Part shown: positions 1 to 12,736 of the stretch, piece by piece | Position numbering within the stretch: position 1 is the first letter of the stretch | How the letters are laid out: the number at the start of each line of letters is the position of its first letter | From: the human T2T-CHM13v2.0 reference genome, Homo sapiens | Length of the DNA: 64,000 bases | Direction: 5' to 3' (one strand) | Assembly: GCF_009914755.1 (NCBI RefSeq) | Contig: NC_060947.1 | Notes under the pieces: generated by a model | The model's database searches: none | What the model saw: only the letters and a program-made list of their open reading frames with translations | What the model was told of the DNA's origin: nothing | Made by a program: the position numbers and the translations under genes

Positions 1-1029
1 CTTTTAGTAACTCAAAACAAGGACCAACCAAGGAGAGATGCCCTAAAGAAAGAATAGCCTGTCTGTTTCCACATTCCTGAATGGGGGAGTCATCTTTTTG
101 TCACCCTCATAGAAAGAATTCTTCTGAAATGCCAACAGCCTCTGGTAGCATTTGGGAAGCAAGGATGCCCCAAGCAGTGTGAGAAGGGCTGTGTTGAGAG
201 AATTTTCCAAAATAAGACTTGTCTCTCTGCCAGGGTAGAAAAAGCCTCTGCAGCCCGAGGTAGGACACTTGGTGTCTCCCTTTTGCTTCCTTAATCTATA
301 AACCATGGCCCATGGCTGTCAGGTAGCTCCAAAGAAATGCTGAGGAGATTAATGAGATTGTATCTGTGGAATCCTTGGGGCCTCTGGGAAAATGTACTGC
401 ATACAAAATTAGCTGCATTTTGACATTAGCCTGTATGCTAATACCGCTCACATCAACTAGATTATTTAGCAATGACAGAAAATGTAACTCCTTCTCCTGG
501 TTCTTTATCATTTCATCAAATGAAAATGACCTTTGCAAATAAATAATGTATCGGTTTCTTTGGCTGCCGTTGTTTTCATCATGGTCCATTTATTGCCAGG
601 ATCTCCATGACCAAGGTCCCAAGACAACCCTCTGAGGATGAATAGCATCAAGGAACAAGCTCTGGCTGAGGTCCCAGAAATCCTCGTTTCTCCGAGAAGA
701 ACTGTCCCTTAAACGTCTAAAGGTATGACCAGCCTAATGCTGTCTTCCTGCCACACCCTCTAAACTGTGCTGCAATTAGTGGTAGTGACTAATCTACTCA
801 GTTTTAAACACAGCAGAGACCTCAAGGCAAGAGCTACCCTAGATGAAGCCACCTGTGCTCACAGGTATATATATTGAACACACTTCTAAGCAAGACAGTG
901 CATGTAGAGTTTGTTCTCTGAAAACACTGAACAGATGAGCATGGCTCAGGGAATTGGAAGATCTGAAAAAGAGCACATCACTCCAAGGCTTTACGGTAAA
1001 GCTGCTAGAATCATCCTCTTAGAAGATTT

Positions 1030-1400
1030 AGATTAGGAAATGTCACTCCCCCCACTTCAAATCCCCATTGAGATTGCATTGCCTGTGAAATAAAACCCAA
1101 GGTATTTAGCATAGCACACAGGATCTTCCAGGGTCTGGTCTCTCACTTGCTGTTTAATCTTACCTCCCAACACGTGGTGTTATTGTGCCCTGTGCTCTGA
1201 TCACACTTCTGTTTAATTCATGATTCTCTTGATAAATCACACACTCTCAGGCCCTTATACCCATCCTCCAGTCCCAAATGTCCTTCCACTCCACTCCCCT
1301 TCTATCTTCAAGTCCACTTATCCGTTAAAGTCCAGCTTTTAGTCCATCTGCTTTGGAAAATCTTTCTTGATCTCCCAGACAAAAGGAATCCCTCACTCAA
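1030..1400 (+). mobile_element. L2 LINE 3' fragment (ancient)
   Basis: Degenerate match to the L2 3' region (tgtcactcccc...aataaaacccaa...ctcaggccctt...); boundaries approximate. Confidence 0.55.
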
Positions 1401-1735
1401 CAATGGTGCCTCCATCACCCGAAGCGTTTATCACTGGGTTTAGTACGAGAGTCATTGACAGTCTCTGAATTCAAAGTGACATTGGTGAGAAGTCTCAGCC
1501 CCCTCCTTCCTTGGACATTCGACAAAAGTTGCTTGAGTGGAATTGAGTATTTCTGACTGATGTTCTTAAAATGATGTAATTTTATGCTCAGACTATAGGG
1601 TGATGTATTTCCATCATCTGTTGGACAATTCGCTTTTAAGTCAGGGACTTAGATACATTTTATTTGTAAAGTTTCCTTATTTTCTCAAACCTAAGGCACA
1701 ACCAGAGAAACTGGACGTTTTAAAAACTAAATTTG

Positions 1736-2103
<368 letters not shown>

Positions 2104-2943
2104 CTAATCACTCCCAATCTTCAGTCCACACTAATGATATAATCGTCCATATCATCTGACCAATTCAAGACAGACTCAGCTGCAGCTGGAAGCAGGTAAC
2201 ACCTCGAAACAGGGCAGTTGACTTTGACCCATGCATTAAACCACTGCTTGGCAATGCAGTGTAAACTATAAAACTGTAGCTAAGTTGAAGACCTCGCCAC
2301 CCTTCCACTCCATTCCCAGAGTTAAATAGAGGTGAGTCTTGAAAGCAAGCCTCACTCACTCTTCATGGACTGCATTGCTGTGACCTCTCAGGACTCACAT
2401 CCCCTAAGTCAGCCGCCTGTTCCCATCAGTCTAGACCCAGCAGAAATGGTTGGCGTCAAATGTTCAAGGAGCAACACTTTGGCAGTGTCATTATTATTAA
2501 ATGCAACTAAATGAACTATTAACACCATCTGTTCATTGTGGTGGATGTCAGACGTGCCATTCCAAATAGTGCAGGAGCTGCTGACGCTGGATTTCGCAGA
2601 ATAAAATCACCTTCTGCTCACTCGACCAAACAGTAGGAGCACATAACTGTGTGCCAAAGGTCTGGGGTTTTTCTGTGTGTTTGTTTCATTTATAATTATT
2701 TTTGATTATCCAATTTCCTCCGAAGCCAATAAGAAACACTGTGTACGTCCCAGTTTTCCTCCATAGCTGGAGGTTGTGACACACCCAAAGCCTCATTGTT
2801 GTAAATCTCTTCAAAGTACACAGCTCATCAATTGAAGACTGGGTTCCATGGAGAAAGGGGGGAAAAGTGTGGAGCTGCACTGATCACGTATGTAAATTCC
2901 GTTTTGTGGAAATGTCCCAACTGGAAGGAAATATCACTGAGAA

Positions 2944-3605
2944 TGTCAGGGACAAGAGAAAACATCCCCTTCCCCCTCTGAAGTTTCACTGAAAATCACT
3001 GACAAGAGGCAGATTAATAGGAGAAATGGCGCAAACATTTATTTTATAACATTTTTATGTGACATGGGAGCCTTCAGACTGAAGACCCAAAGATACGAGG
3101 GAAACTGTGCATTGTTATGCTTAGGTTCAAGCAGGTATGAACAAAATCCATGTAGAAATAGCATCGGAGGAAAAGGGCCTGATCTAAAGCAAATGGACTG
3201 AGGGTGGAAACCCCGCCAGGCCTGTCTGTGTAGATTCTTCTTGCTTCTCTCTCTGAGCAGCGCTCCTTCCTTCCGGGTGTGCTGCGAGACCCTCTCTGGA
3301 ATGCGGGTCTTAGGATCTACAGTCAAACCAGGTAGATCAGAGGATTTCTTTACGGCCAGTTTTGACACTGAGAGGTGATGGAGGGTAAGTTAGAGTCCTA
3401 TTTTAGGTTTTATGTCTGGCTTTGGGGCAAAAGGGGCTCTGGTTTCTATGAACCACCTTGGGGAGGAGAAATTCTAGTTTTTATGAGGCCTGGAGGGAGA
3501 ATGGGACTGACAGACAGGAGGGCAGGAGAAGGTGAGGAAGAAACTTTTCCTTCCGAGGCTTCTTCTGAGGCCTTCGTTTTGGGGTAGTGTTCTCTGAGCA
3601 CAACA
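2944..3605 (-). mobile_element. MER39-type solo LTR (ERV1)
   Basis: TG...CA termini; reverse complement begins tgttgtgctcagagaacactaccccaaaacgaaggcctcagaagaagcctc and follows the remembered MER39 consensus throughout. Confidence 0.85.
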
Positions 3606-3814
3606 TTAGCTAAGGAAGAGATTTAGGCTTTGTCTCCTTAGTAAATTCTGGTCCACGTGGGGCTGCACAAAGCCTTCATTGTGTCCAATTCACCGCAGCT
3701 TATGGGACCTTCCCTGCTGTGCTCTCAAAGCCAGGAAGCACTGCTTCTCCACTGTGTCCAGCTCACAGGGCCTGGGTGCCTCAGGCACAGCCAATATTCT
3801 GCTTTTACATTTGA

Positions 3815-4408
<594 letters not shown>

Positions 4409-4660
4409 TAAAGTCGGGCAATGATAAGGAGCTCCTCATCTCTCTAGGCAACAGGCAGTAAGATGAAGCGGTTCAATGATTTTGGCTAGAAGAACAAGGG
4501 TCCTGCACCTTCACCATGTTCATCTTGGGGATTCTGGGGAGCCATATACTGTGGAAGCAGCCCTCACAGGATCAGGACTCCAAAACTCAAGAAAGTCAAA
4601 AGCCCCATGCTACTAAGTCTTCCCTGGGTCCTTGCAATTCTGCATAAGAAACACCAAAAG

Positions 4661-4971
<311 letters not shown>

Positions 4972-5189
4972 TTAATGTTGGGGCTCAGAAAACAATTCCT
5001 GGCTCCTCCTCCTCTGAGCCTGGAATCCTGTCTTTTCATCTTCACATCCCCCACAATTTGCACAATGGCAAGTCCATGGAGATTCACAACTTAATGGAAA
5101 GGATCACTAATTATTTAACTTTGTTTTTTTCCATTTGAAGCACAGTGTCTAGAAACAAGATGCCATTTCCAAAACTTTACATTTATTTA

Positions 5190-5545
5190 CAGATAGTCCT
5201 TGTCTTATGAGGGTTTGAGTTACAATTTTTGGACATTATGACGGTGCAACAGTGATATGCATTGAGTAGAACTCATACTTTGAGTACTCATACAATTTTT
5301 TTTTCACTTTCAGTATAATACTGAAATAAATTTCATGAGATATTCAACACTGTATTATAAAATAGGCTTTGTGTTAGATGATTTAGCCCAAGCATAGGCT
5401 AATGTATGTGTTCTGAACATGTTTAAGGCAGGCTGGGCAAAGATATGATATTTGATAGGTGACGTGTATTAAATACATTTTCAACTTACTATATTTATTA
5501 TGGGCTTATCGGGATGTAACCCCATCGTAAGTGGAGGAACATCTA
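5190..5545 (-). mobile_element. MER47A (TcMar-Tigger non-autonomous DNA transposon)
   Basis: TA-flanked cagatagtcc...ggaacatcta termini; internal ataaaataggctttgtgttagatgattt and gggatgtaaccccatcgtaag match MER47A. Confidence 0.85.
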
Positions 5546-5787
5546 TGTATCTCCCAGGAGAGGCCACAGTGAGCATTTTTCTGTTGGGATATACCTTTCT
5601 TTCTTGGCTGACACAACCAGGCCAGGGCATAGGGTGTGGTCTGGGAGCCCGGGAAGGGACTGTCGGGCACTGTGGATCCATAGATTGAAGCCGTCTCCAG
5701 ATGGAAAAGTGAAGAGCACAGCTTAAGAGGGAACAGGTCCCATTTTAAACTAATAATGTTAACAACAGAGTCTCCAATGGTTTAGAA

Positions 5788-6086
5788 TTATTATTATTAT
5801 TATTACTACGAAGAAAGGGTCTTGCTCTGTCACCCAGGATCGAGTGCAATGATTTTACCTTACTGCAGTCTCAACCTCCTGTGCTCAAGCGATCCTCTCA
5901 CCTAGCTTCTCGAGTAACTGGGACTCCAGGCGCACACCACCATACCCGGCTAATTTTTGTATTTTTTGAAGAAACAGGGTTTTACTATGTTGCCCAGGCT
6001 AGTCTCCAACTCCTTGATTCAAGTGATCATCTCATCTCAGCCTCCCAAAGTGCTGGGATTACAGGTGTGAGCCATCATACCCAGCC
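5788..6086 (-). mobile_element. Alu SINE (AluJ-type)
   Basis: Antisense Alu with (TTA)n tail and gctcaagcgatcctc J-type diagnostic. Confidence 0.93.
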
Positions 6087-6199
6087 TCAACTGATTTATT
6101 CATTTTACATGAACCATAGTATGTATTTATTACAGAAAATGCAAAAGTTTAGGTCATTCATCTAGATTCAACCATCAAGAAATAATCATTGGAAAATTG

Positions 6200-6660
6200 A
6201 GGTAGGGAGATAAATCAATAGCTAGATGATAGATAGCTACATGGATAAATAGGTGATGAGTGGATAGATAGACAGCTAGAAAGGTAGATAACAAGGTATG
6301 ACAGATACACACAAACGACGGAGGATACACATGTGTGTAAATGAAAGGATAGATGCATAGATAGATCAGTCTATATGTCTTTTGATGTATAGATAGATAT
6401 GATAGATGATGATAGATAAATGGAGATGATAGATGATATATAGATATGATAGATAGATACAATAGCTAGATGGAGATGATAGATAGATATGATAGATAGA
6501 TACATAGATACGTAGATAAATGGAGATGATAGAATGATAGATAAATGGAGATGATTGATAGATGTGATAAATAGAGATGACAGATAAATGGAGATGATAG
6601 ATGATTGATGATAGATAGATAGATATAGGTAGAGATATAGATGTATATATATAGATAAAG
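6200..6660 (+). repeat. Degenerate (GATA)n/(TAGA)n simple repeat
   Basis: Long run of gata/gatga variants. Confidence 0.9.
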
Positions 6661-6819
6661 ATGTGTCTTGTCTATTGGATATATTTTGTTGACTCATGTA
6701 TTGCAAGTGATTCTTCAAACCAACCTTCATTTATTCCTCCTTTAACACATCATTGTCACCACTCAGAACTTATGTGTCCTAAATTGACTGCCTGTTCCAG
6801 TTAATCTAGACCCAATAGG

Positions 6820-6876
6820 ATATGTATATATATTCTGCAGGAGATAGATATAGATATGTGTGTGTATGTGTGTGTG

Positions 6877-6911
<35 letters not shown>

Positions 6912-7000
6912 ACATATTTTATAAGGACATACATCCTTATAAATCAAAATGTATATATACACATAAAATGTAAAGGAACATAAATATGTATACACACATA
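6820..7000 (+). repeat. (TA)n/(TG)n microsatellite complex
   Basis: Direct observation of alternating TA and TG runs. Confidence 0.9.
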
Positions 7001-8517
7001 TTTTTATAAAAATATTTTTTACCAAAAGGTAGTTCATATTGATCATGTTTTATTTTAATTTTATAAACTGACATCCTTGACCCATATTATTTTTTCATTT
7101 AATGATAGATCATGATCATTTTTCCATCCCAATAAATATTTGTACATCATTTTGTGGCCCCCGCAGCATTCCATTGTGTGGCTATGCTTTTATTATTTAA
7201 TCATCCATGCTCTGGATACTTCTTAGTTTTGCTAAATGGCCTTAATCTAATAAAATTGTGCACCTGATCTCACCCCCAAAATGGTGTCAAGTAACAGGTA
7301 AAGATTTTCTCCCTGAGAGAAAAAGATGCATAGAAGAAATGCAACATTCAGTAGTTAGACTAAGCTCAGACACTGTCAAGTCATGGCTAATGATACATGC
7401 CGGTATATTACCTTACTCATGGAATGTATTCAATAAATGATGCCTTAATCAGTGAAACTATGTAATTGCAGATAACTAGACTTTTTTTAAAAGGGCTAAA
7501 CAAGCAAACATTTGTAAGAGGCTGAATAAATAGCTCTCCTTCACAACATGAGTTTTGCATCAGTTGAGGTAGACAGAGGACTCAGGACGAAGTGAGTTCA
7601 AAATGTTGGTATTATCACTGGTGAATTGAATACTGGAGGCCATGATTAGGTACGTAGCAGCCCTGGGGTTCCCTGGATAGAGATCCAGAAGTGGGCAGGC
7701 TTACCCTCAGAACTGCAAGAAGCACAGAACCACCCACTGCCCTATCTTGCATGGCTAATAGCAGATCTGAAGTGGGGTGTGGGAGAAGCCAGGCTGAGCT
7801 GCCAAAGGCAGGGAACCCAGGTGAGAGGCCAGGGGTAGGGACCAGGGAAATATCTTCCAACAGAAACCCAAGGCATGTCAGAGAAGGGCTCCCACGAAAC
7901 TAGATCATGTTCTTGATTCTATCTAATATCTATTAATCACCAAAATAAAAGAAAGGCTTAGAGGTTCTTCCAAAATGATAAATACATACTTGTGAGCCTA
8001 AATGAATATGTTAGCTAAAAAAAAAAAAAAGGTCTCCAATTCGCTTACATAGCTGTCTTCCCCATTTTTGAGAAGATGCTGATTATTTCAGTGGGAAGCA
8101 TTATATGTAAGCTGGTGGAATGGCTCTGGGCTGAACTTACCCAGAATGGTAAATCATCATCTTACTTGTGAAGATAATGTGTCAGCAGAATTCATATCTG
8201 TGCTGATTATTTACTTTAATGCTGATAAAAAGTGAAATGAACTGCTTGAAGAAAAAATATTCATGGTAGACAGCAGCGTGCAGAGGCTGGTACTGACAGC
8301 TACAACGAATGGCTTGGTGGACCCTGATAGTAAATGCAATTACTATCCAACTCTGTAATTAGACACTCTGAAAAGAATAAATATGCATGTCGAAAGGAAA
8401 GTCCAGAAGCAGATAAACTGAGACGTGAACCATGTGCTGATGGGATTACACATGATCTTTGTTCCCTTCTTTACCAAGTCTCTGAATTTCTGAAATTTGC
8501 TTTTCCTTTAAATATAT

Positions 8518-8963
8518 TTCTATGTATGTATGTATTTTTTTTTTTGAGACAAGGTCTTGCTCTGTTGCCCAGGCTGGAGTGCAGTGGCACAATCACAGCT
8601 CACTGCAACCTCAAACTCCTGGGTCCAAGTGACCCCTGTGCCTCAGCCTTCTGAATAACTGAGAGTAGAGGAAGACATCACCATGCCTAGCTATTTTTTC
8701 AAAATTTTTGCAGAGCTGGAGTCTTGCTATGTTGTCCAGGCTGGTCTTGAACTTCTGGTCTCAAGTGATCCTCCCACTTCAGCCTCCCGAGTAGCTGGGA
8801 CCACAGGCACAAACAACCATGCCCAGCTAATTTTTTAATTTTTTGTAGAGACAGGGTCTTGTCATGTTGCCCAGGCGTGTCTTGAACTCCTGGCCTCAAG
8901 TAATCCTTCTACCTTGGCCTCCCAAAGTGCTGGGACCATGGGCATGAGCCACTGTGCCTGGCC
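8518..8963 (-). mobile_element. AluJ-type element with three monomers
   Basis: Antisense right arm (about 8535-8695), extra hybrid monomer (about 8700-8830), left arm (about 8831-8963); flanking aatatatt on both sides. Confidence 0.9.
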
Positions 8964-9089
8964 AGAATATATTAAATCTTATAATCAGAGGAAGTATATG
9001 TTACTTCCAGAAGAAGAGTGACTGATTCATCCTCACCTTCGGTAGGAGAGAATGCAAGTACTGTGCTATTGGCTCATTTTTAACCATTT

Positions 9090-9426
9090 TTAGGACTCCC
9101 ATCTTGGCTTTAATATGCTTCCACCTTTGATGGCTAGCACCTGGGGCACTTTTTCAGAATGATACCCTTGGGTTGCTGGAGCGATTGCCCCTTTATGCAC
9201 AGAGAGCTGTAAGTGTCTGGGATTTTGTATCTCCCTTTCACTAGTGGCTGGCAGCTATGGGGCATCAAAGCTTGCTGCTCTGGGTTGGAACAATACTGAG
9301 TGTATTGACAGGATGAGGCTCCTCTCTGCTGTCAGTACCCGATACCTGGCCTCACATCTATTCTTGGTTTCTTTTCCTTCTGTCCTCCTTCCTGCACTTC
9401 CTACCAGACTCCTCCTGGAAGCACTT
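9090..9426 (+). mobile_element. ERVL LTR33/LTR16-like fragment, interrupted by MLT1
   Basis: Ends ...cctgcacttcctaccagactcctcctggaagcactt, similar to the LTR33 3' part; a possible terminal piece ctcagtgtctgtttctggaatccaaccaaagaga lies near 12776-12810. Confidence 0.45.
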
Positions 9427-9690
9427 TGTGGTGAACACCTGTGGTCCCTGCCCTCTTGTGCTCACAGCCTACATAATCCTCTCCCCTTCAGCAGGGACGA
9501 GACCTGTGACTTGTTTCTGGCCAACAGAACATGGCCACAGCAAAGAACTTTTGCAGATGTCAGTAAGGTTCCAAATTAGTTGACTTTGAGTTCTCTAAAA
9601 GGGGAATTATCTTCGGTGGATTTGACTTGATTAGGTGAGGAGCAGTAAAAGGCAGATATGGCCTTCCCTGAGGTCAAAGATTTTCTCTCT

Positions 9691-10673
9691 AATTAATTTA
9701 CATTTTCACCAACAGCATAAAATCATTCCCTCTTCTCTGCATCCTCACCAACATCTATTGTTTTTCGACTTTTTAGTAATAGCCATTCTGACTGATGTGA
9801 GATGGTATCTCATTGTGGTTTTAATTTGCATTTCTCTGATATGATTAGTGATGTTGAGCATTTTTTTTACATGTTTATTGGTCATTTGTATGTCTTCTTT
9901 TGACAAACGTCTTTTCATGTCTTCTGTCTACTTTTTAATTTTTTTTTTCTTGTTGAGTTATTTGAGTTTCTTGTAGATTCTGGATATTAGCACTGTGTCA
10001 GATATATAGTTTTGCAAATATTTTCTCCCGCCTTGTAGGCTGTGTGGTCACCCTGTTGATTTTATGGAAAACAATATGGAGATTTCTCAGAGAACTAAAA
10101 TTAAAACTACCATTCGATCCAACAATCCTGCTACAGGGTATATACCCAAAGGAATAAAAATAATTGCATCAAAAAGATGCTTGCACTCGTATGTTCATTG
10201 CGCACTATTCACAATAGCAAAGATATGGAACCAACTTAAGTGTCCATCAACAGAGGACTGAATAAAGAAAATCTGGTATACATATTCCATGGAATATTTA
10301 CTACTTAGCCATCAAAAAGAATGAAATTATGTATTTTGCAGCAAGATAGATGGAACTGGGGGCCATTACCTTTAGTGAAACAATTCAGAAACAGAAAGTC
10401 AAATATTGCACAATGTCACTTATAAGTGGGAGCTAAATAATGCGTACACTTGGACATAAAGAGTGGAATAATAGACACTGGAGACCAGGAAAGGTGGAAG
10501 GGTGGGAGGAGAGTGAGGGATAAGAAATTACTTAATGGGTACAATGTACACTATTCAAGCAATGGCTACACTAAAAGTCCAGACTTCTCCATGGAATTTA
10601 TCCATGTAAAAAAACTGCACTTGTACCCTGTAAACCTATAAAAACTTTAAAAATCAAAAAATGCCTTAAAAAA
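9691..10673 (+). mobile_element. L1PB4-like 5'-truncated L1 with 5' inversion (9691-10060 inverted, 10061-10673 sense)
   Basis: L1PB4-type 3' UTR; strand switch at about 10060; TSD caaagattttctctct (9675-9690) / caaagactttctccct (10674-10689). Confidence 0.9.
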
Positions 10674-10970
10674 CAAAGACTTTCTCCCTATTTCTGGACT
10701 AGAAGAGACAAACTCCCATGCTGTGAGGGGGCTTATGAAGATAGCTACAGGGCAAAGAACAAACCGTAGGTGGTTTCTTGGAGCTGAGAGCAACCGCTAG
10801 CTGACAGCCAAAAGGGAAGTTTCAGTGCTACAGCTGCAAGGAGATGAATTCTGCCAACAACTTGCAGAAGCACGAGAGGAGATCTTCCCCGAGAGAGGCC
10901 TGTGTGGGGACCTCGACCCTGACTGACACCTGGATTGGAGCCTGTGAGACCTTGAAGAAGGGAAACCAGC

Positions 10971-11332
10971 TCTCTTGCTTGCTGAGGCTGCCATGACAAA
11001 CTACCACAGACGGGGTGACTTAAACAACAGAAATTTATTCTCTTATGCTCTGGAGGCTGGAAGTCCAAGATCAAGGTGTGGGCAAGGCTGGTTCCTCCTG
11101 AGTCTTCTCTCCTTGGCTTGTAGACGCTGTCTTCTCCCTGTGTCCTCACACAAGTCTGTGTCCCAAACTCCTCTTCTTATGAGGACACCAGATTGGATTA
11201 GGTCCCACCTTACAAACTCATTTGAACCTAATTACCTCTTTAAGGTCCAAGGCCTCATCTCCAAATACAGTCACATTGCGGGGTAGGGCTTCAACATATG
11301 AATTTTGGGGAAACACAGCTCAGTCCATAGAA
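10971..11332 (-). mobile_element. MLT1A-type MaLR solo LTR nested in MLT1E
   Basis: gacttaaacaacagaaatttattctc...tctggaggctggaagtccaagatcaaggtg...gggcttcaacatatgaattttgggg. Confidence 0.85.
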
Positions 11333-11763
11333 ACATCTAAGCTATGCCTAGGGATTCCTGATTCACAGAAACTGTGAGATAGCAAATGTATGTTGTTTTA
11401 AGTTGCTACTTTGCAGTAACTTGTTATGCAGCAATTGAAAATCAATGAAACCTGCTTCAAATGAGGTGAAGGTGTTAAGATTGGTGGATATCCCTGTCAA
11501 TCATTTCTGCCCCAGAGGAGGTTACAAAAGAACCTAGAACATCTCACTGCCCTGTCCCATTGATCTGTATGTCCACCTCTCCAAAAGTCCAGATTTTCTG
11601 GGAGAAAGAAATATGCTTAGCAAATCACTAGTGCATGAGTTGTCTAGTGTATTAGGTGCACGCCCAATCCACAGTCAATAATTTTCTCAATTAATATTCT
11701 TTAAGATGAATTTTGAAGTGGATGTTTCACAACATGGTAAGCTTCAAATAAGTCACATTGATA

Positions 11764-12139
11764 AACTGGCACAGCCACTATGGATGACAGTACAGAGGTT
11801 CCTCAAAAAGTTAAAAATAGAACTATCTGATGATCCAGCAATCCCACTTTTGCATATATATCCGAGGGAAACAAGATCAGCGTCTCAAAGAGATATCTGC
11901 ACCCTCATGTTATTGCCACATTATTCACAATAGCCAAGATATGGAACCAACCTAAACATCCACCAATAGATGAATAGATAAAGAAAATGTTTATACATAC
12001 ATATATACATTTATTCATATATATATATACGTGTGTATATATATGTGTGTATATATATGTGTATATATATGTGTGTATATACATATGTGTATATATATGT
12101 GTGTATATATATATGTGTATATATGTGTGTATATATGTA

Positions 12140-12197
<58 letters not shown>

Positions 12198-12736
12198 TAA
12201 ATATGAATAGTATTTGGCCATTAATCAGAAGTAATTTCTGCCATTTGGGACAATGTGAATGAACCTGGAGGGCATTATGTTAAGCAAATTAAGCCAGACA
12301 GAGAAAGACAAATACCATATGATCTCACTTAGATTTGGAATCTAAAGAAGTTGAATTCCCAGAAGCAGAGAGTAGAAAGGTGGTTACGAGGGGCTGGGGA
12401 GTGGGGGACACTGGAGAGATGTTGGTCAAAGGGTACAAAGTTTCAGTTATAAATAAGTTCTGGGGATGCAATCTACAGCATGGTGACTATAGTTACCAAT
12501 ACCGTATTGTTTACTTGAAATTTTTTAAGAGAGTGGATCTCAAATATTCACACTATCCCCAAATAATAATAATAATAATAATAATAACTATGCACAGTGA
12601 TAGATAAGTTATTTACCTAGTGCATAGTAAAAGTTTCATAACGTGCTCGTTTATCAAAACCTCACACGGTACACAGTAAGTATATTCCATTTTTACTTGC
12701 CGATTATACCTCAATAAAGGTGGGGGAATAAAAGAA
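11764..12736 (+). mobile_element. L1MA9-like 3' fragment
   Basis: gatccagcaatcccact, caaagggtacaaagtttcagttat and tatacctcaataaagg 3' end. Confidence 0.85.
11995..12198 (+). repeat. (TA)n/(TG)n/(CA)n microsatellite inside L1
   Basis: Direct observation. Confidence 0.95.

Larger units (their letters stand above)
9427..11450 (+). mobile_element. MLT1E-like MaLR LTR split into three pieces (9427-9690, 10674-10970, 11333-11450)
   Basis: gacctgtgacttgtttctggccaacagaa, gaattctgccaacaac and cacagaaactgtgagatagcaaatgtatgttgttttaag motifs; sequence is continuous across the two inserts. Confidence 0.8.

Noticed and set aside
296-589. 97-aa minus-strand ORF in unique sequence
   Set aside because: No recognisable domain or convincing splice context; the length is within chance expectation.
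6175-7046. ORFs rich in I/Y/L/S/H/T
   Set aside because: Translations of GATA and TA/TG simple repeats.
11905-12262. Overlapping YI/CV/TH-repeat ORFs
   Set aside because: Microsatellite translation artefacts.
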